In this document: positions 8,816-17,823 of the stretch, one piece after another
Position numbering within the stretch: position 1 is the first letter of the stretch
Layout of the letters: every line of letters starts with the position of its first letter
From: Dehalococcoidia bacterium
GTDB lineage: Bacteria; Chloroflexota; Dehalococcoidia; Lucifugimonadales; UBA1127
Length of the DNA: 32,000 bases
Direction: 5' to 3'
Assembly (NCBI GenBank): GCA_965247615.1
Contig: OZ252022.1
Span: forward strand, 789,233-821,232
Translations under genes and position numbers: made by a program
The notes under the pieces: generated by a model
Databases searched by the model: none
Told to the model about the DNA's origin: nothing
What the model saw: only the letters and a program-made list of their open reading frames with translations

Positions 8816-8997
8816 GCTCCGGACGGCCTAGCCGGGTTCGGTACCTAGGCTGTTCGCCACGCCATTCCCTACGGCCCCACCCTCTCCGGCAGGCACGCTA
8901 CTGTCTAGCAATCTTGAATGGACCCAAAGCGACCGCCCACGAGTACCTGAGTTTTCCGTTGCTATTGTGTCTGTCGAATGAAGGTTCTCGATTTTGT

Positions 8998-9255
8998 CCA
9001 GCATGGTGGGTCTACCTGAACGGAGTGAAGCTGGACTTCAGCCGGCCGGGCAAGCCTACGGACAATGCCTTCATTGAGGCGTTCAACGGACGCTTTCGGC
9101 TGGAGAGTCTCAACGAGAACTGGTTCCTCTCCCTGGACGTCGCCGAGGAGAAAGTGGAAACCTGGCGGAGACAGTACAATGGGGAGAGGCCCCACAGTGC
9201 GCTGAACAGCCTGTCCCCGAGGGAGTTTGCGGCATTGGCTACAGAGGCGGATTGA
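8998..9255 (+). pseudogene. C-terminal remnant of an IS3-family transposase (OrfB, rve integrase core)
   Basis: Contains [36 protein letters not shown]...[23 protein letters not shown], the conserved end of IS3 OrfB. The DDE core and orfA are absent. Confidence 0.8.
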
Positions 9256-9320
9256 CCCGCAAGGCTCGCACTGAGCCCGGTACAAGAAATGGGGCAAGAT
9301 CACCTGCTTGCCGGACCAAC

Positions 9321-10940
9321 ATGGCAGGTGGTACAACTACTGGGGGCAGCTCAAGACACTCCCAACCCTCTCTGGTCAGAGCAAAACCCTTGCGAATAAC
9401 TGCCTTCCTCGCCTTGACGCTCCTCGCGCTCACCGCCTGCACTCAGGCAACGCCGACCCCTGCGCCGACCTTCTCTCCGATCTCACGGGCAGCCCCGACG
9501 CCTTCGCCAACCCCAGCGCCGACCCCCACCCTAACCCCGACCCCTACATCTACGCCTACTCCTACACCTACACCTATTCCGACGCCTTCACCAACCCCAA
9601 CGCCGACCCTCACGCCAACCCCGACTCCTACATCTACGCCTACTCCGACCCCCACCCCCACTCCTACGTCCACGCCTACTCCAACACCCATCCCGACACC
9701 CACGTTGGAACCACTCCCCTCGCCTATGCCCACCGCAACAGTACTACCGGATGCGCAAGAGACGTTGACCAATCGTGCCCCGGTCGTATCCATGGTCCAT
9801 GAGTCGTTGGCCATCCAGGGGGGTATCCCTGTACTGCTGAACGCCAATGCCTATGACCCGGACGGCGACCAGCTGACATACGAGTGGACGGTGACGCCCA
9901 TGGTCGGTCAGCTGGTGCAGGCGTTCCCCCGCTACCCCTCCTGGTTCGCACCTGAGGTCACTTCAACTCAAGTCGTCACGATAACGCTGACGGTGAGAGA
10001 CGCCCACGGCGGCCACTCATCCGCCGACATGGAGATTGTGGTGCTCCCACTGGCGGAGGAGATACCGACGCCGCCCGATGGCCACATGGAGAGGCTGGCT
10101 TTCGCCATGGAACGGATGCTCGCGTCACCTTCACAGCATGATGCATCAATGACCGTAGAGGAACAGAGTCCCTGGCTCAGACAGGCATGGGACTTCGCCA
10201 CCAAGTCGGGAAACTATGCTGAAATGGATTACGAATTTGAAATCGAGTTCCAAGGGCAGATTCCGATCGTCATTCTGGAGTGCTATCCCGTAGAACCTGG
10301 TGAATACCTTGTCCCCTGCGCTCCATCGAGGCTGGACTTTCCTGAGTCACGCCTGGATGACAAGTACATAGTCGGGGAGTTCTCGCACATCTTGTGGACC
10401 GCGATGGCGCACGAACTTGCACATATCTTCACAATGTCCTCTCTCGTTTCACCCGACGACGGCCAGGAACCACGCCCTGACCTCAACGCAATCTCAATGC
10501 TGGCGCTATTCAAGCAACATAGCGACCCGTCTAACTACTACTGCGACGGCAGAGAACTGCTTGCGGACACGCTCAAAGTTAAAGCGTTCCCAGCAACCTG
10601 GGGCGGATATTGGTTCAGCTGTAAGGGTGAGCATCACCCTCCTGACGAAGACGGTGCTCATGCCATCGTGCAAAGTCTTCTTGACGGCCAATACCCAGAC
10701 TGGTTCATGGAAGAATATGGACTGCCGGATGGCGGGTTTGCTTTGCGTCGAGTCTGGACAGACGTCATCGCCCTTGAAAAACTCGACCCGTTCCCGAAAC
10801 AGCTACTGGTGTGGCAACTGCGGGGTGCCTTCGGCGCCGGATATTGCTCGTACGAGGCGGCCGCGGACTCGGCGTACCGGAGAGCGCATCTCCCCAACCC
10901 CTGGGCAACCGGTGACACAGACGAGGCCGGATGCGGCTAG
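9321..10940 (+). CDS. Secreted lipoprotein: PT-rich linker, PKD/cadherin-like domain and an HExxH (putative zinc metallopeptidase) domain
   Basis: Signal peptide with lipobox ..[12 protein letters not shown]. About 90 aa of Pro/Thr linker. [27 protein letters not shown] is a PKD-like domain. HELAH lies at 10410-10424. The start is uncertain (ATG 9321 has no SD) and an IS3 remnant abuts the 5' end. Confidence 0.7.
   Translation: MAGGTTTGGSSRHSQPSLVRAKPLRITAFLALTLLALTACTQATPTPAPTFSPISRAAPTPSPTPAPTPTLTPTPTSTPTPTPTPIPTPSPTPTPTLTPTPTPTSTPTPTPTPTPTSTPTPTPIPTPTLEPLPSPMPTATVLPDAQETLTNRAPVVSMVHESLAIQGGIPVLLNANAYDPDGDQLTYEWTVTPMVGQLVQAFPRYPSWFAPEVTSTQVVTITLTVRDAHGGHSSADMEIVVLPLAEEIPTPPDGHMERLAFAMERMLASPSQHDASMTVEEQSPWLRQAWDFATKSGNYAEMDYEFEIEFQGQIPIVILECYPVEPGEYLVPCAPSRLDFPESRLDDKYIVGEFSHILWTAMAHELAHIFTMSSLVSPDDGQEPRPDLNAISMLALFKQHSDPSNYYCDGRELLADTLKVKAFPATWGGYWFSCKGEHHPPDEDGAHAIVQSLLDGQYPDWFMEEYGLPDGGFALRRVWTDVIALEKLDPFPKQLLVWQLRGAFGAGYCSYEAAADSAYRRAHLPNPWATGDTDEAGCG
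9450..9728 (+). repeat. Degenerate tandem ACN-CCN (Thr-Pro) coding repeat
   Basis: Encodes TPTPAPT...[58 protein letters not shown], with a roughly 78-nt higher-order unit present twice. Confidence 0.9.
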
Positions 10941-11172
10941 AAGGCCAAGGGCGCAGTCAATCAGACTCAGCGCGTGACCCTTATGGGTGAGACGCAACAG
11001 CAACAAAACTTACTGGCGCTCGTGGGCTGTAGACCGGGCGCTCTAGCAGCAAGGGACGGTTGACAACAGTACCAGCTACACATCCTCGCCCTCGCATCCG
11101 GGCCGCCGCTCACCCGGGGTTCTGCTCATGGTGAGGCACTCAAACCGAATGAGCCTGCGCCCCGCCGCCCCC

Positions 11173-12303
11173 CTACCGCCCCACGTCCGACGGCGCCTGC
11201 CCCGACCGTATCGCCTGCAGCCCCTCCGCCGTCACCCGCGGCGCTTCCGCCAGCTCGTCGTACAGCCCTGGCGGCGGGTTCACGTCCCGCAGCGCCGGGA
11301 TCACCTCTTCCCCCATCAGCTTGATCGAGCGCATCACCCGCTTGTGCTCGATCCCGCCGAACATCATCCAGTTGCTGATGTGCGTGGCCCCCAGCGCTGC
11401 GGCCCCCCGGAACTTCTCGATCACCGTATCCGGGCCCCCGAAGAACAGACGCTCCTGAAACGTCGCATCATTCGGCTCCCCCTCGTAGGGGCCCACCTGC
11501 ACCCTGCCGTCGACCACCGCCAGCTGGTTCAGCGCCCTGCCGGCCCGGTTCTGCCACCGTGCGAAGGGGATCTGGCTGAAGGCCTCCCCGTCCGTATCGG
11601 CCACGTGGGTGATGCATTGCATCCCCAGCTCTAGCCCTCGGTGCGGCTTCCCCAGCTCCTTATGCGCCTGCACCAGCGCCGTCACGTGCGACCGCACCCC
11701 CTGCGCCCCCATCGCCCCCGTCGTGAACGGCAGCATGTCCCGCTCCGCCGCCAACTGCATCGATTCGACGCTCGTACCCGCCAGCCACAGCGGCGGGTAC
11801 GGCTTCTGCAGCGGCTTCGGCCACACCGTCACGGGGTCCGGCGCCTTCAGGTACTGTCCGTCGTACGTGAACGACTCATCCCGCGTCCAGGCCAGGATCA
11901 GCAGGTCCAGCGTCTCCGTGAACCGCTGCCGCGACTCCTCCAACGACACGCCGAACCTTCCCATCTCGTGGGGCTGGTAGCCCCGGCCCACTCCGCAGAT
12001 GAACCGCCCGTTGCTCAGGTTGTCGAGCACCGCCACCTCCTCCGCCAGCCGGAGGGGCTGCCAGATGGGAAGCACCAGCACCATCGTCGCGATCTTGATC
12101 GTCTTTGTCTGCCCCGCGATGTGGACCGCCTGCAGCAGCGGCGCCGGCGAGTTCCCGTAGTTCGAGAAGTGGTGCTCCGCGATCAGACAGAAGTCGAACC
12201 CCAGCTCCTCCGAGTACTGGATCTGCTCCAGTCCCTCCTGGTAGAGCGTCTGCCAGTCCCCCGCGCTGGGGTTCGGCCATTCGTAGAAGAGTCCAAATTT
12301 CAT
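11173..12303 (-). CDS. LLM-class (luciferase-like) flavin-dependent monooxygenase
   Basis: MKFGLFYEWPNP..., GFDFCLIAEHHFSNYG and LDNLSNGRFICGVGRGY are classical LLM motifs. Confidence 0.85.
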   Translation of the reverse strand: MKFGLFYEWPNPSAGDWQTLYQEGLEQIQYSEELGFDFCLIAEHHFSNYGNSPAPLLQAVHIAGQTKTIKIATMVLVLPIWQPLRLAEEVAVLDNLSNGRFICGVGRGYQPHEMGRFGVSLEESRQRFTETLDLLILAWTRDESFTYDGQYLKAPDPVTVWPKPLQKPYPPLWLAGTSVESMQLAAERDMLPFTTGAMGAQGVRSHVTALVQAHKELGKPHRGLELGMQCITHVADTDGEAFSQIPFARWQNRAGRALNQLAVVDGRVQVGPYEGEPNDATFQERLFFGGPDTVIEKFRGAAALGATHISNWMMFGGIEHKRVMRSIKLMGEEVIPALRDVNPPPGLYDELAEAPRVTAEGLQAIRSGQAPSDVGR

Positions 12304-12414
12304 GCTCGACGATACCTCACGTATTCAATCGCACAGATTCGAGTATGCCGGCCTCACTGGTCATCCGCCATCGCCTCCGGCAGGACCGGCGTCCACACGA
12401 GCGGGGACGTCGCG

Positions 12415-13230
12415 TTAGCCGTCCAGCAGCCCCCGGATCGCCGCCAGGTCCGGCTCACCAGGCCCCCGGTGCACTACCACCGCGTCGTCGAAGCCCAGCT
12501 CGGCTAGGCGCCGCAGCCGCCCGGCGGCGGCCTCGGGAGTGGCGCGCAGGTGGAACGGTGCCCTCGCCTCGTCCAGCGGCTCGTCCCCCTCCAGGTCCAC
12601 CGATATGTTCGTCACGACCGCCCGCCTCCCCCCTGCCTCCCGGTAACCCTTGATGCCCGCCGCCAGCGAGTCGAATCCCGTGAACGCGGCCGATGCTATC
12701 CAGCCGTCGAACTCCCGCGCCGCCCGCGAGATCCACCGCTCGCTGGTCCAGCTCCCAATGAGGACCGGTGGGCCGCCCCTTACCTCGGACTGCGGGCTCA
12801 GGTTGGCGCCCTCCACCTCCTCCCCGTCCCACAGCCGCCTCATCGTGGCCAGGCCCTCGTGCAGCGCGCGCATCCGGCTGTCGAAGTCCAGGCCCAGCGC
12901 CTCGAAATCGCCCCTGGTCGAGCCCGCCCCCACCCCCAGAAGCAGCCGCCCCTCGCAGACCATCTGTGCCGACAGGACTCGGTGCGCCAGCTCCACCGGA
13001 TTGCGCAGCGGCACCTGCAGGATGCCGATCCCAACCTCCAGACGTGTGCTGGCCGCCGCCGCCACGGAAACCCCGATCAGCGGGTCCAGCGACATGCGTC
13101 CGCGTCCTATGGAGTCGAAGAACCACACGCTGTCGAACCCGGCCTCCTCGGCCGCGCGGGCGTCCCTGGACACAACGTCGCCTGAGGGCTCCTCGCCCCG
13201 GCCGATGGGTAGCGCTATCCCGAGTCTCAT
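12415..13230 (-). CDS. LLM-class oxidoreductase (possibly F420-dependent)
   Basis: Internal ATG (MRLGIALPIG..) of ORF 12415-13296 with GGAGTGAG SD. Contains GFDSVWFFDS and GRLLLGVGAGS. The cofactor is not determinable from sequence. Confidence 0.8.
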   Translation of the reverse strand: MRLGIALPIGRGEEPSGDVVSRDARAAEEAGFDSVWFFDSIGRGRMSLDPLIGVSVAAAASTRLEVGIGILQVPLRNPVELAHRVLSAQMVCEGRLLLGVGAGSTRGDFEALGLDFDSRMRALHEGLATMRRLWDGEEVEGANLSPQSEVRGGPPVLIGSWTSERWISRAAREFDGWIASAAFTGFDSLAAGIKGYREAGGRRAVVTNISVDLEGDEPLDEARAPFHLRATPEAAAGRLRRLAELGFDDAVVVHRGPGEPDLAAIRGLLDG

Positions 13231-13286
13231 CTTCTGCTCACTCCACGATTTGTGGCGGCCGGCGCCGCCCGCAAAAAAGCCCACAC

Positions 13287-13315
13287 AGGCTAGCATCAGC
13301 CACTGGGACGGTCAA
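13287..13315 (-). promoter_or_regulatory. Possible promoter for the LLM genes (TTGACC-N17-TGcTAGCCT)
   Basis: The minus strand reads TTGACC (13310-13315), a 17-nt spacer, then TAGCCT (13287-13292) with an upstream TG. Confidence 0.35.
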
Positions 13316-13574
13316 CCGCCGGTGCTTGGACTGGCACTGTGCGGGGGCCCGGTGGGCGGGACCCGTGGTGCGTCCGCTCACCGTGGGCCCGTCGAGGGCG
13401 AGATCTGGGGAAGGGCGGCCCCGCGACCGCTCATCTAGGTCGAGGGCCTCAGCATAAGCGACCACCAAGAGCCCCCGTCCCGGGGTCGTGTGCGGCCTGA
13501 TGGAGTGGCAACAGTGGTGTGGCCGATCACCTGGGGCGCTCGAAGGGCGTGAGCGGGTGGGGAGTGGGTCGGCG

Positions 13575-14003
13575 CTAGTGGTGCTGGGCCAGCTCCACGT
13601 AGACGTCGTTGACCGCGCCCGGCTGGAGGTAGCCGATGAGCCCGCCCATCAGCCCCAAGCGCGGTGTCTCGTCGATGAGCGGGACGCCCAGCCCCTGCAG
13701 CGCCTTGAGCCGCTCCCCCACACCCTCCACCTCGAAGCAGATGTGGTGCAGCCCTTGCCCGCGGCTCGCCACAAAGCTGCCGATGAAGCCGTCGGGCCTC
13801 GTGGACTGCAGCAGCTCCAGGTGCGTCTCTCCCACTGGAATGAAGCAGCCCCGGACCCCACGCTCCTCCAACTCGATGATCTCCCCCGCCTCCAGGCCAA
13901 AGAGCTCCCGGTACCGCTGAATGGCCGCCTCCAGGTCGTTCACCGCGATGCCCACGTGATGCACCAGGCGCGTCGGCGCCGGCGCCCGCAGTGGAAGCGT
14001 CAT
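13575..14003 (-). CDS. VOC-family protein, methylmalonyl-CoA epimerase-like
   Basis: Internal ATG (MTLPLRAP..) with GGGAGG SD. Contains HHVGIAVNDLEAAIQRYRELFG, GETHLELL and GLHHICFEV. Confidence 0.8.
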   Translation of the reverse strand: MTLPLRAPAPTRLVHHVGIAVNDLEAAIQRYRELFGLEAGEIIELEERGVRGCFIPVGETHLELLQSTRPDGFIGSFVASRGQGLHHICFEVEGVGERLKALQGLGVPLIDETPRLGLMGGLIGYLQPGAVNDVYVELAQHH

Positions 14004-14072
14004 AGCAATCCTCCCAGCCGCTCGACTGCCAGGTCCATCATCGCCGCGCCCACCGCCCATCGCGGCAGCGAC

Positions 14073-15233
14073 CTAGCGCCTGATGCCGTGGTGCTCGCCC
14101 AGGTACTCCCGCATGTGGGGTTGGGTGCTCCGCTTGGCGCACTCTTCCTCGAAGACGGTCAAAACGCGCGGGTCCTCGTCCTCGTACTCCACCTGGCGGC
14201 CCCCCTTCTTGATGGAAACGTCGCCGCCGTAGCCCTCTCCCAGGTTGCGCTTTCTGCTGTCCAGCACCGGGTACCGCCGCCCCCCGAAGCCGAAGACCAG
14301 GTAGCGCGCCGGCACGCCGGACGTGTTGAAGTGCTGGTGGTATGTCGGCCCGTCCGGCGGCGCGAACAGCACCCCCGGGTGCCAGTCCACGCGGTTCGTC
14401 GCCACGGGGTTCTCCCCCTCCAGCCACAGCGACGAGTACCCGTGCCCCGTCACGCAGAAGATGTGCGCCCCTGCGTCGTGGCGGTGCGCCTTCTTGTATG
14501 TCCCCGTCGGAAACTCCGAGATGTGGCAGTGCATCGAGCTGTCCGCGAAGGCAAAGTTGATCATGTTGCCCCCGGCTCCCCGCGCCTCCCACTTCGGCAG
14601 GTCGAAGGTCTGCATGTCCGGCACAAAGTTGGTCTCCCACTGGTGCTGCCCCGGCCGGTTTGGCAGGAACTCGCCCTCGCCCCGGAAGAAGCGCTCGTCG
14701 CCGAAGCGCTCCGGGAAGCTGTGCTGGTTGTCGTAGATGAACGACGGGTTGTGGAAGATGTTGAAGATGACTGGCAGGTTCGTCACCGCCGCGAAGCGCG
14801 CCGGCTCCGTTCCCGAGCCGTTGAAGTGCTGGTGCTTCGCGTTCATCGGGATGCCCATGGCGCTGCCCGCGCCCCACTCGAACGTGTGCTTGGCCCCGTT
14901 CGGAAGCTCCACCGTCGTCGCGCCCCGGCCTGACACCACGTGGATCAGCTCGTCGTGCATGTGCTGCTCGGGGTTGAGCTGCCCCCCGGGCGGTATCTCG
15001 GACACGTAGGCGCTCAGGTAGTCGCTCTTCCCCGTCAGGTGCACGTACGCGCCCCGGCCCCCCATCCGCTCCCACGGCTCCAACGGCACGTTCACGCAAT
15101 CGACGGCGTACTCCTCCAGCACCGGGACCCCCTCCGTCTCCAGGAACTCGCGGTAGGGGTCTCGGGCGTAGTACGTGGGCAGCAGCTCCGGGTCCGGGGC
15201 CTTGTCATAGTCGGGTTTCGGCATCGTCGTCAT
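14073..15233 (-). CDS. Bicupin protein (gentisate-1,2-dioxygenase-like fold)
   Basis: Two cupin modules: ..EQHMHDELIHVVSGRG.. and ..AHRHDAGAHIFCVTGHG... GAGGAGGAG SD. Substrate unknown. Confidence 0.7.
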   Translation of the reverse strand: MTTMPKPDYDKAPDPELLPTYYARDPYREFLETEGVPVLEEYAVDCVNVPLEPWERMGGRGAYVHLTGKSDYLSAYVSEIPPGGQLNPEQHMHDELIHVVSGRGATTVELPNGAKHTFEWGAGSAMGIPMNAKHQHFNGSGTEPARFAAVTNLPVIFNIFHNPSFIYDNQHSFPERFGDERFFRGEGEFLPNRPGQHQWETNFVPDMQTFDLPKWEARGAGGNMINFAFADSSMHCHISEFPTGTYKKAHRHDAGAHIFCVTGHGYSSLWLEGENPVATNRVDWHPGVLFAPPDGPTYHQHFNTSGVPARYLVFGFGGRRYPVLDSRKRNLGEGYGGDVSIKKGGRQVEYEDEDPRVLTVFEEECAKRSTQPHMREYLGEHHGIRR

Positions 15234-15322
15234 TGCTTCTCCTCCTCTTCAGATCTGGGGCTTGCGCGCCAATTCAGAGAATCGCCAGTCCCGCGCCCTG
15301 TTTGGGTGATCTTCCCCCATCG

Positions 15323-15778
15323 TTACGCAGGGCCAGTCGGTGGGTGTTCGCCTGGTGCGAGCGACTGCGTGGCCGGCTCGCCCAGCGAACCGGGTACCGA
15401 CGACCAACTCCTGCTGCGGTATCCACGGCGATTCACGGTTATAACGGATGGATCGGTATTAGCGATCCGTTCCCATTCACGACCATGTACCAGAATACTC
15501 GCCACCATCTCTTGCCACGCCTCCGGTTGCGCGTTCTTCCAACGCATCAACACAACCGTCAAGCCATTGTGCGCGTACTCGAACGCATATGCCTGTAAAG
15601 GGACGCCCGTATCACGCGTGACGAGGACTCTTGCGCCAAACTCCAACACGCGGGCCATGAGACCGCTGTCGGGTCGAATCGGTGCGCCGATCTCATCATA
15701 GCGCAGGATCGGATAGCGCACCTCCTTCAACGCACGTATGACAGGATCATAGAGGTCCGCATCAGCGATTAGGGTCAT
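15323..15778 (-). CDS. DUF5615-family PIN-like putative toxin
   Basis: MTLIADADL..., ARVLVTRDTG and ..VITVNRRGYRSR match the DUF5615 pattern. The ATG lies 17 nt inside the upstream DUF433 gene. Confidence 0.7.
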   Translation of the reverse strand: MTLIADADLYDPVIRALKEVRYPILRYDEIGAPIRPDSGLMARVLEFGARVLVTRDTGVPLQAYAFEYAHNGLTVVLMRWKNAQPEAWQEMVASILVHGREWERIANTDPSVITVNRRGYRSRSWSSVPGSLGEPATQSLAPGEHPPTGPA

Positions 15779-16430
15779 TCACTGCGAGCCATCGTTCGTA
15801 TTCGATGGCGTTCTGGACCTGTTCATCGAGCAACATAGGATAGACTTCTCGTGCATCGCCCCCCTGTTCAACCGCTTCTGCGACCGCCCTCGTCGTCACG
15901 CGCGTTCCCTTGACGACCGGTGCTCCCCCCACGACGCCCGGGTCGACTTCGACGTGGGGGAATCGTTCAGGCGGCACAAGTTCTCTCTTCAGGTCCTCGA
16001 TGAGACCGGGGAAGAACACCTTGGCCATCTTTTGCAGGCCTTGCGAAGCAGCCAGCGGGGCCCAGTCCGGCTTCTCTGACAGCACCGCGACGACAAAGCC
16101 GGAGGAGACGAAGATGGTCGCCCGCATCCATGCACCGCGGTCTCCCTCGGCCAGGAGGGCGATGGTGTCCAGGGCAACCCCAATGGCTTTGGGTGTGGCG
16201 CCCTGTTCCTTCAGCTTCGTGATCAGCCGCAACAGGAGCAGGTCTCGGTAGGAGTAGGCGGTCTCAACGCCCCGGCCCACCGCATATCGCTGCCCCACTA
16301 CGAGATGCGCCTTTGACCAGGCCTGAAAGCTCTGGTAGCGGACCCTCGCGACCCTCGCAGCCGTTCGAGCCGAATAGATGCCGCTCCCGAATCCTGTTGT
16401 CATCGTCGCATGCCCTGCCCGCACCATCAC
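15762..16430 (-). CDS. DUF433-domain putative antitoxin with an N-terminal HTH-like domain
   Basis: The C-terminus VDPGVVGGAPVVKGTRVTTRAVAEAVEQGGDAREVYPMLLDEQVQNAIEYE is the DUF433 signature. The start is uncertain (16430 or 16403). Confidence 0.75.
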   Translation of the reverse strand: MMVRAGHATMTTGFGSGIYSARTAARVARVRYQSFQAWSKAHLVVGQRYAVGRGVETAYSYRDLLLLRLITKLKEQGATPKAIGVALDTIALLAEGDRGAWMRATIFVSSGFVVAVLSEKPDWAPLAASQGLQKMAKVFFPGLIEDLKRELVPPERFPHVEVDPGVVGGAPVVKGTRVTTRAVAEAVEQGGDAREVYPMLLDEQVQNAIEYERWLAVNDPNR

Positions 16431-16535
16431 TAAGAAGCGCTAGCAAACGCCGCTGCAAGTCTGTCTTTCCCATAGGACTCCGACAGTGCAACGCCTCTTC
16501 GCCGCCAACGCCGCGTTTCCCCTCAACCCCCCCGC

Positions 16536-17789
16536 CTACGTCACCGCCGCCTGCACATACGTCGCAAGCACCTTCTCGATGTCCGCGTGCGCCTTGCTCT
16601 CCCCCGCCTCCTGCGGCACGTACTTCCTCGGCGCAGACCCGTGCCCGAAGCCCCGCACCGGCTCCAGAGGCAGCTCGGGGAACGCGGCCCCGGACCCCTC
16701 GTGGATCACGTTCATGGGCTCGCCCCCGTCTTGGACGATCTCCATCTGCTGCTTGAGCATGCGCCGGAACAGGATGACCCCCTTGTCGGACTCGCCCAGC
16801 TTCTCCTTCGTCCGGTCCGCCAGCGGGCCCTGCGTGATCCAGGCCATGTAGTCCTGGTTGAACTGAATGCTGATGATCAGCCGCCCGTCGTCGCCGTACA
16901 GCGGTACGTGGTAGTACGGCACCCGTTCCTGCGGCGCCACGTCGGCCCCGGGGGCCGCGCGGAACGTGTACACGGACACGTGGTACGTGTGTGTGTCGTC
17001 CATCGGGACCCGGAACTGCAGCGTTCCGCGCTGCGGCGACCCCACCTGCAGGATGTTCGGGAAGATGATTGGGTGCCCCACCTTCCACAGGTCGTCCTCC
17101 TCCGTCCCCCCTTCCATCACCCGGCGCTTGATCACCCCGTACTCCGTCACGTCAAAGCCTATCTTCTTGTGCCGCTCCACCGCCGGGAGCTCTGACCGGG
17201 GCACCCCGGAGCGCTCCCTGACCCAGTTGCTCTGGTACCGGTGCAGCCACTCCGTGTGTACCGGGTCCAACGAGTTCTCCTGGCACTGCAGCCAGTTGCA
17301 CGGCAGCTCCGTGATCGCGATGTCCCGCGCCACGTTCTCCCACGCCAGCGGCCCCCACAGCGGCAGCACCGGCGCCGGCGACGGCCCCAGGTACGCGAAA
17401 ACCAGCCCGCCCGTCTCCTGCACCGGGTACGACACCGCCGTCACCCGGTCCTTGAACGTGCTGTCCGGCGCCTCCGCGGGCATCTCCAGGCACCGCCCCG
17501 TCTCGTCGAACCTCCACCCGTGGTACGGACAACGCAGCCCCTGCGCCTCCGGTATGCCGTACAGTAGGTTCACGCGGCGGTGCGGGCACGACTCCTGGAG
17601 CAGCCCCAACGTCCCGCTCCGGTCCCGGTACAGCACCAGCGACTCCCCCAGAATTCGCACCGACTTTGTCGGGTTCTCACGCAGCTCCTCGCTCGCGCCG
17701 ATGGGGTGCCAGTACTGGCGCAGCAGATCGCCCATGGGTGTGCCCGGTCCCACTCTGGTCAGCCGTTCGTTCTCCTTGGTCGATAGCAT
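16536..17789 (-). CDS. Rieske [2Fe-2S] non-heme-iron oxygenase, alpha-subunit type (paralog 1)
   Basis: Internal ATG (MLSTKENERL..) with AGGAGG SD. The Arg-rich extension in ORF 16536-17918 is implausible. Rieske motif is CPHRRVNL...CPYHGWRF. Confidence 0.85.
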   Translation of the reverse strand: MLSTKENERLTRVGPGTPMGDLLRQYWHPIGASEELRENPTKSVRILGESLVLYRDRSGTLGLLQESCPHRRVNLLYGIPEAQGLRCPYHGWRFDETGRCLEMPAEAPDSTFKDRVTAVSYPVQETGGLVFAYLGPSPAPVLPLWGPLAWENVARDIAITELPCNWLQCQENSLDPVHTEWLHRYQSNWVRERSGVPRSELPAVERHKKIGFDVTEYGVIKRRVMEGGTEEDDLWKVGHPIIFPNILQVGSPQRGTLQFRVPMDDTHTYHVSVYTFRAAPGADVAPQERVPYYHVPLYGDDGRLIISIQFNQDYMAWITQGPLADRTKEKLGESDKGVILFRRMLKQQMEIVQDGGEPMNVIHEGSGAAFPELPLEPVRGFGHGSAPRKYVPQEAGESKAHADIEKVLATYVQAAVT

Positions 17790-17823
17790 CGTTCCGCCTC
17801 CTGTCGTCTGTCTTGGTTCTCGC

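Noticed and set aside
8740-8830. Possible intact tRNA gene (GGTTCGATCC on the minus strand, TAGCTCAGC on the plus strand)
   Set aside because: No cloverleaf can be built. The acceptor strands are not complementary, the anticodon-like hairpin has an 8-nt loop, and the D-arm is absent. I kept it only as a low-confidence tRNA-like remnant.
9450-9728. Repetitive DNA that could be mistaken for a CRISPR array or satellite
   Set aside because: The periodicity is 6 nt (ACN-CCN) and in frame with a long ORF that has a signal peptide and downstream domains. It is a Thr-Pro linker, not a repeat-spacer architecture.
11124-11137. 14-nt exact match GCTCATGGTGAGGC shared between 11124-11137 and 31409-31422
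   Set aside because: A few 14-mer coincidences are expected by chance among the roughly 1e9 position pairs in a 32-kb GC-biased window. The flanks do not align and no common structure is apparent.
13253-13280. GC hairpin GGCGGC-CGGC-GCCGCC next to an A6 run, as a terminator between the epimerase-like and LLM genes
   Set aside because: Both genes are on the minus strand, where the T-run precedes rather than follows the hairpin. On the plus strand an A-run follows the hairpin. Neither orientation gives a hairpin followed by a U-tract.
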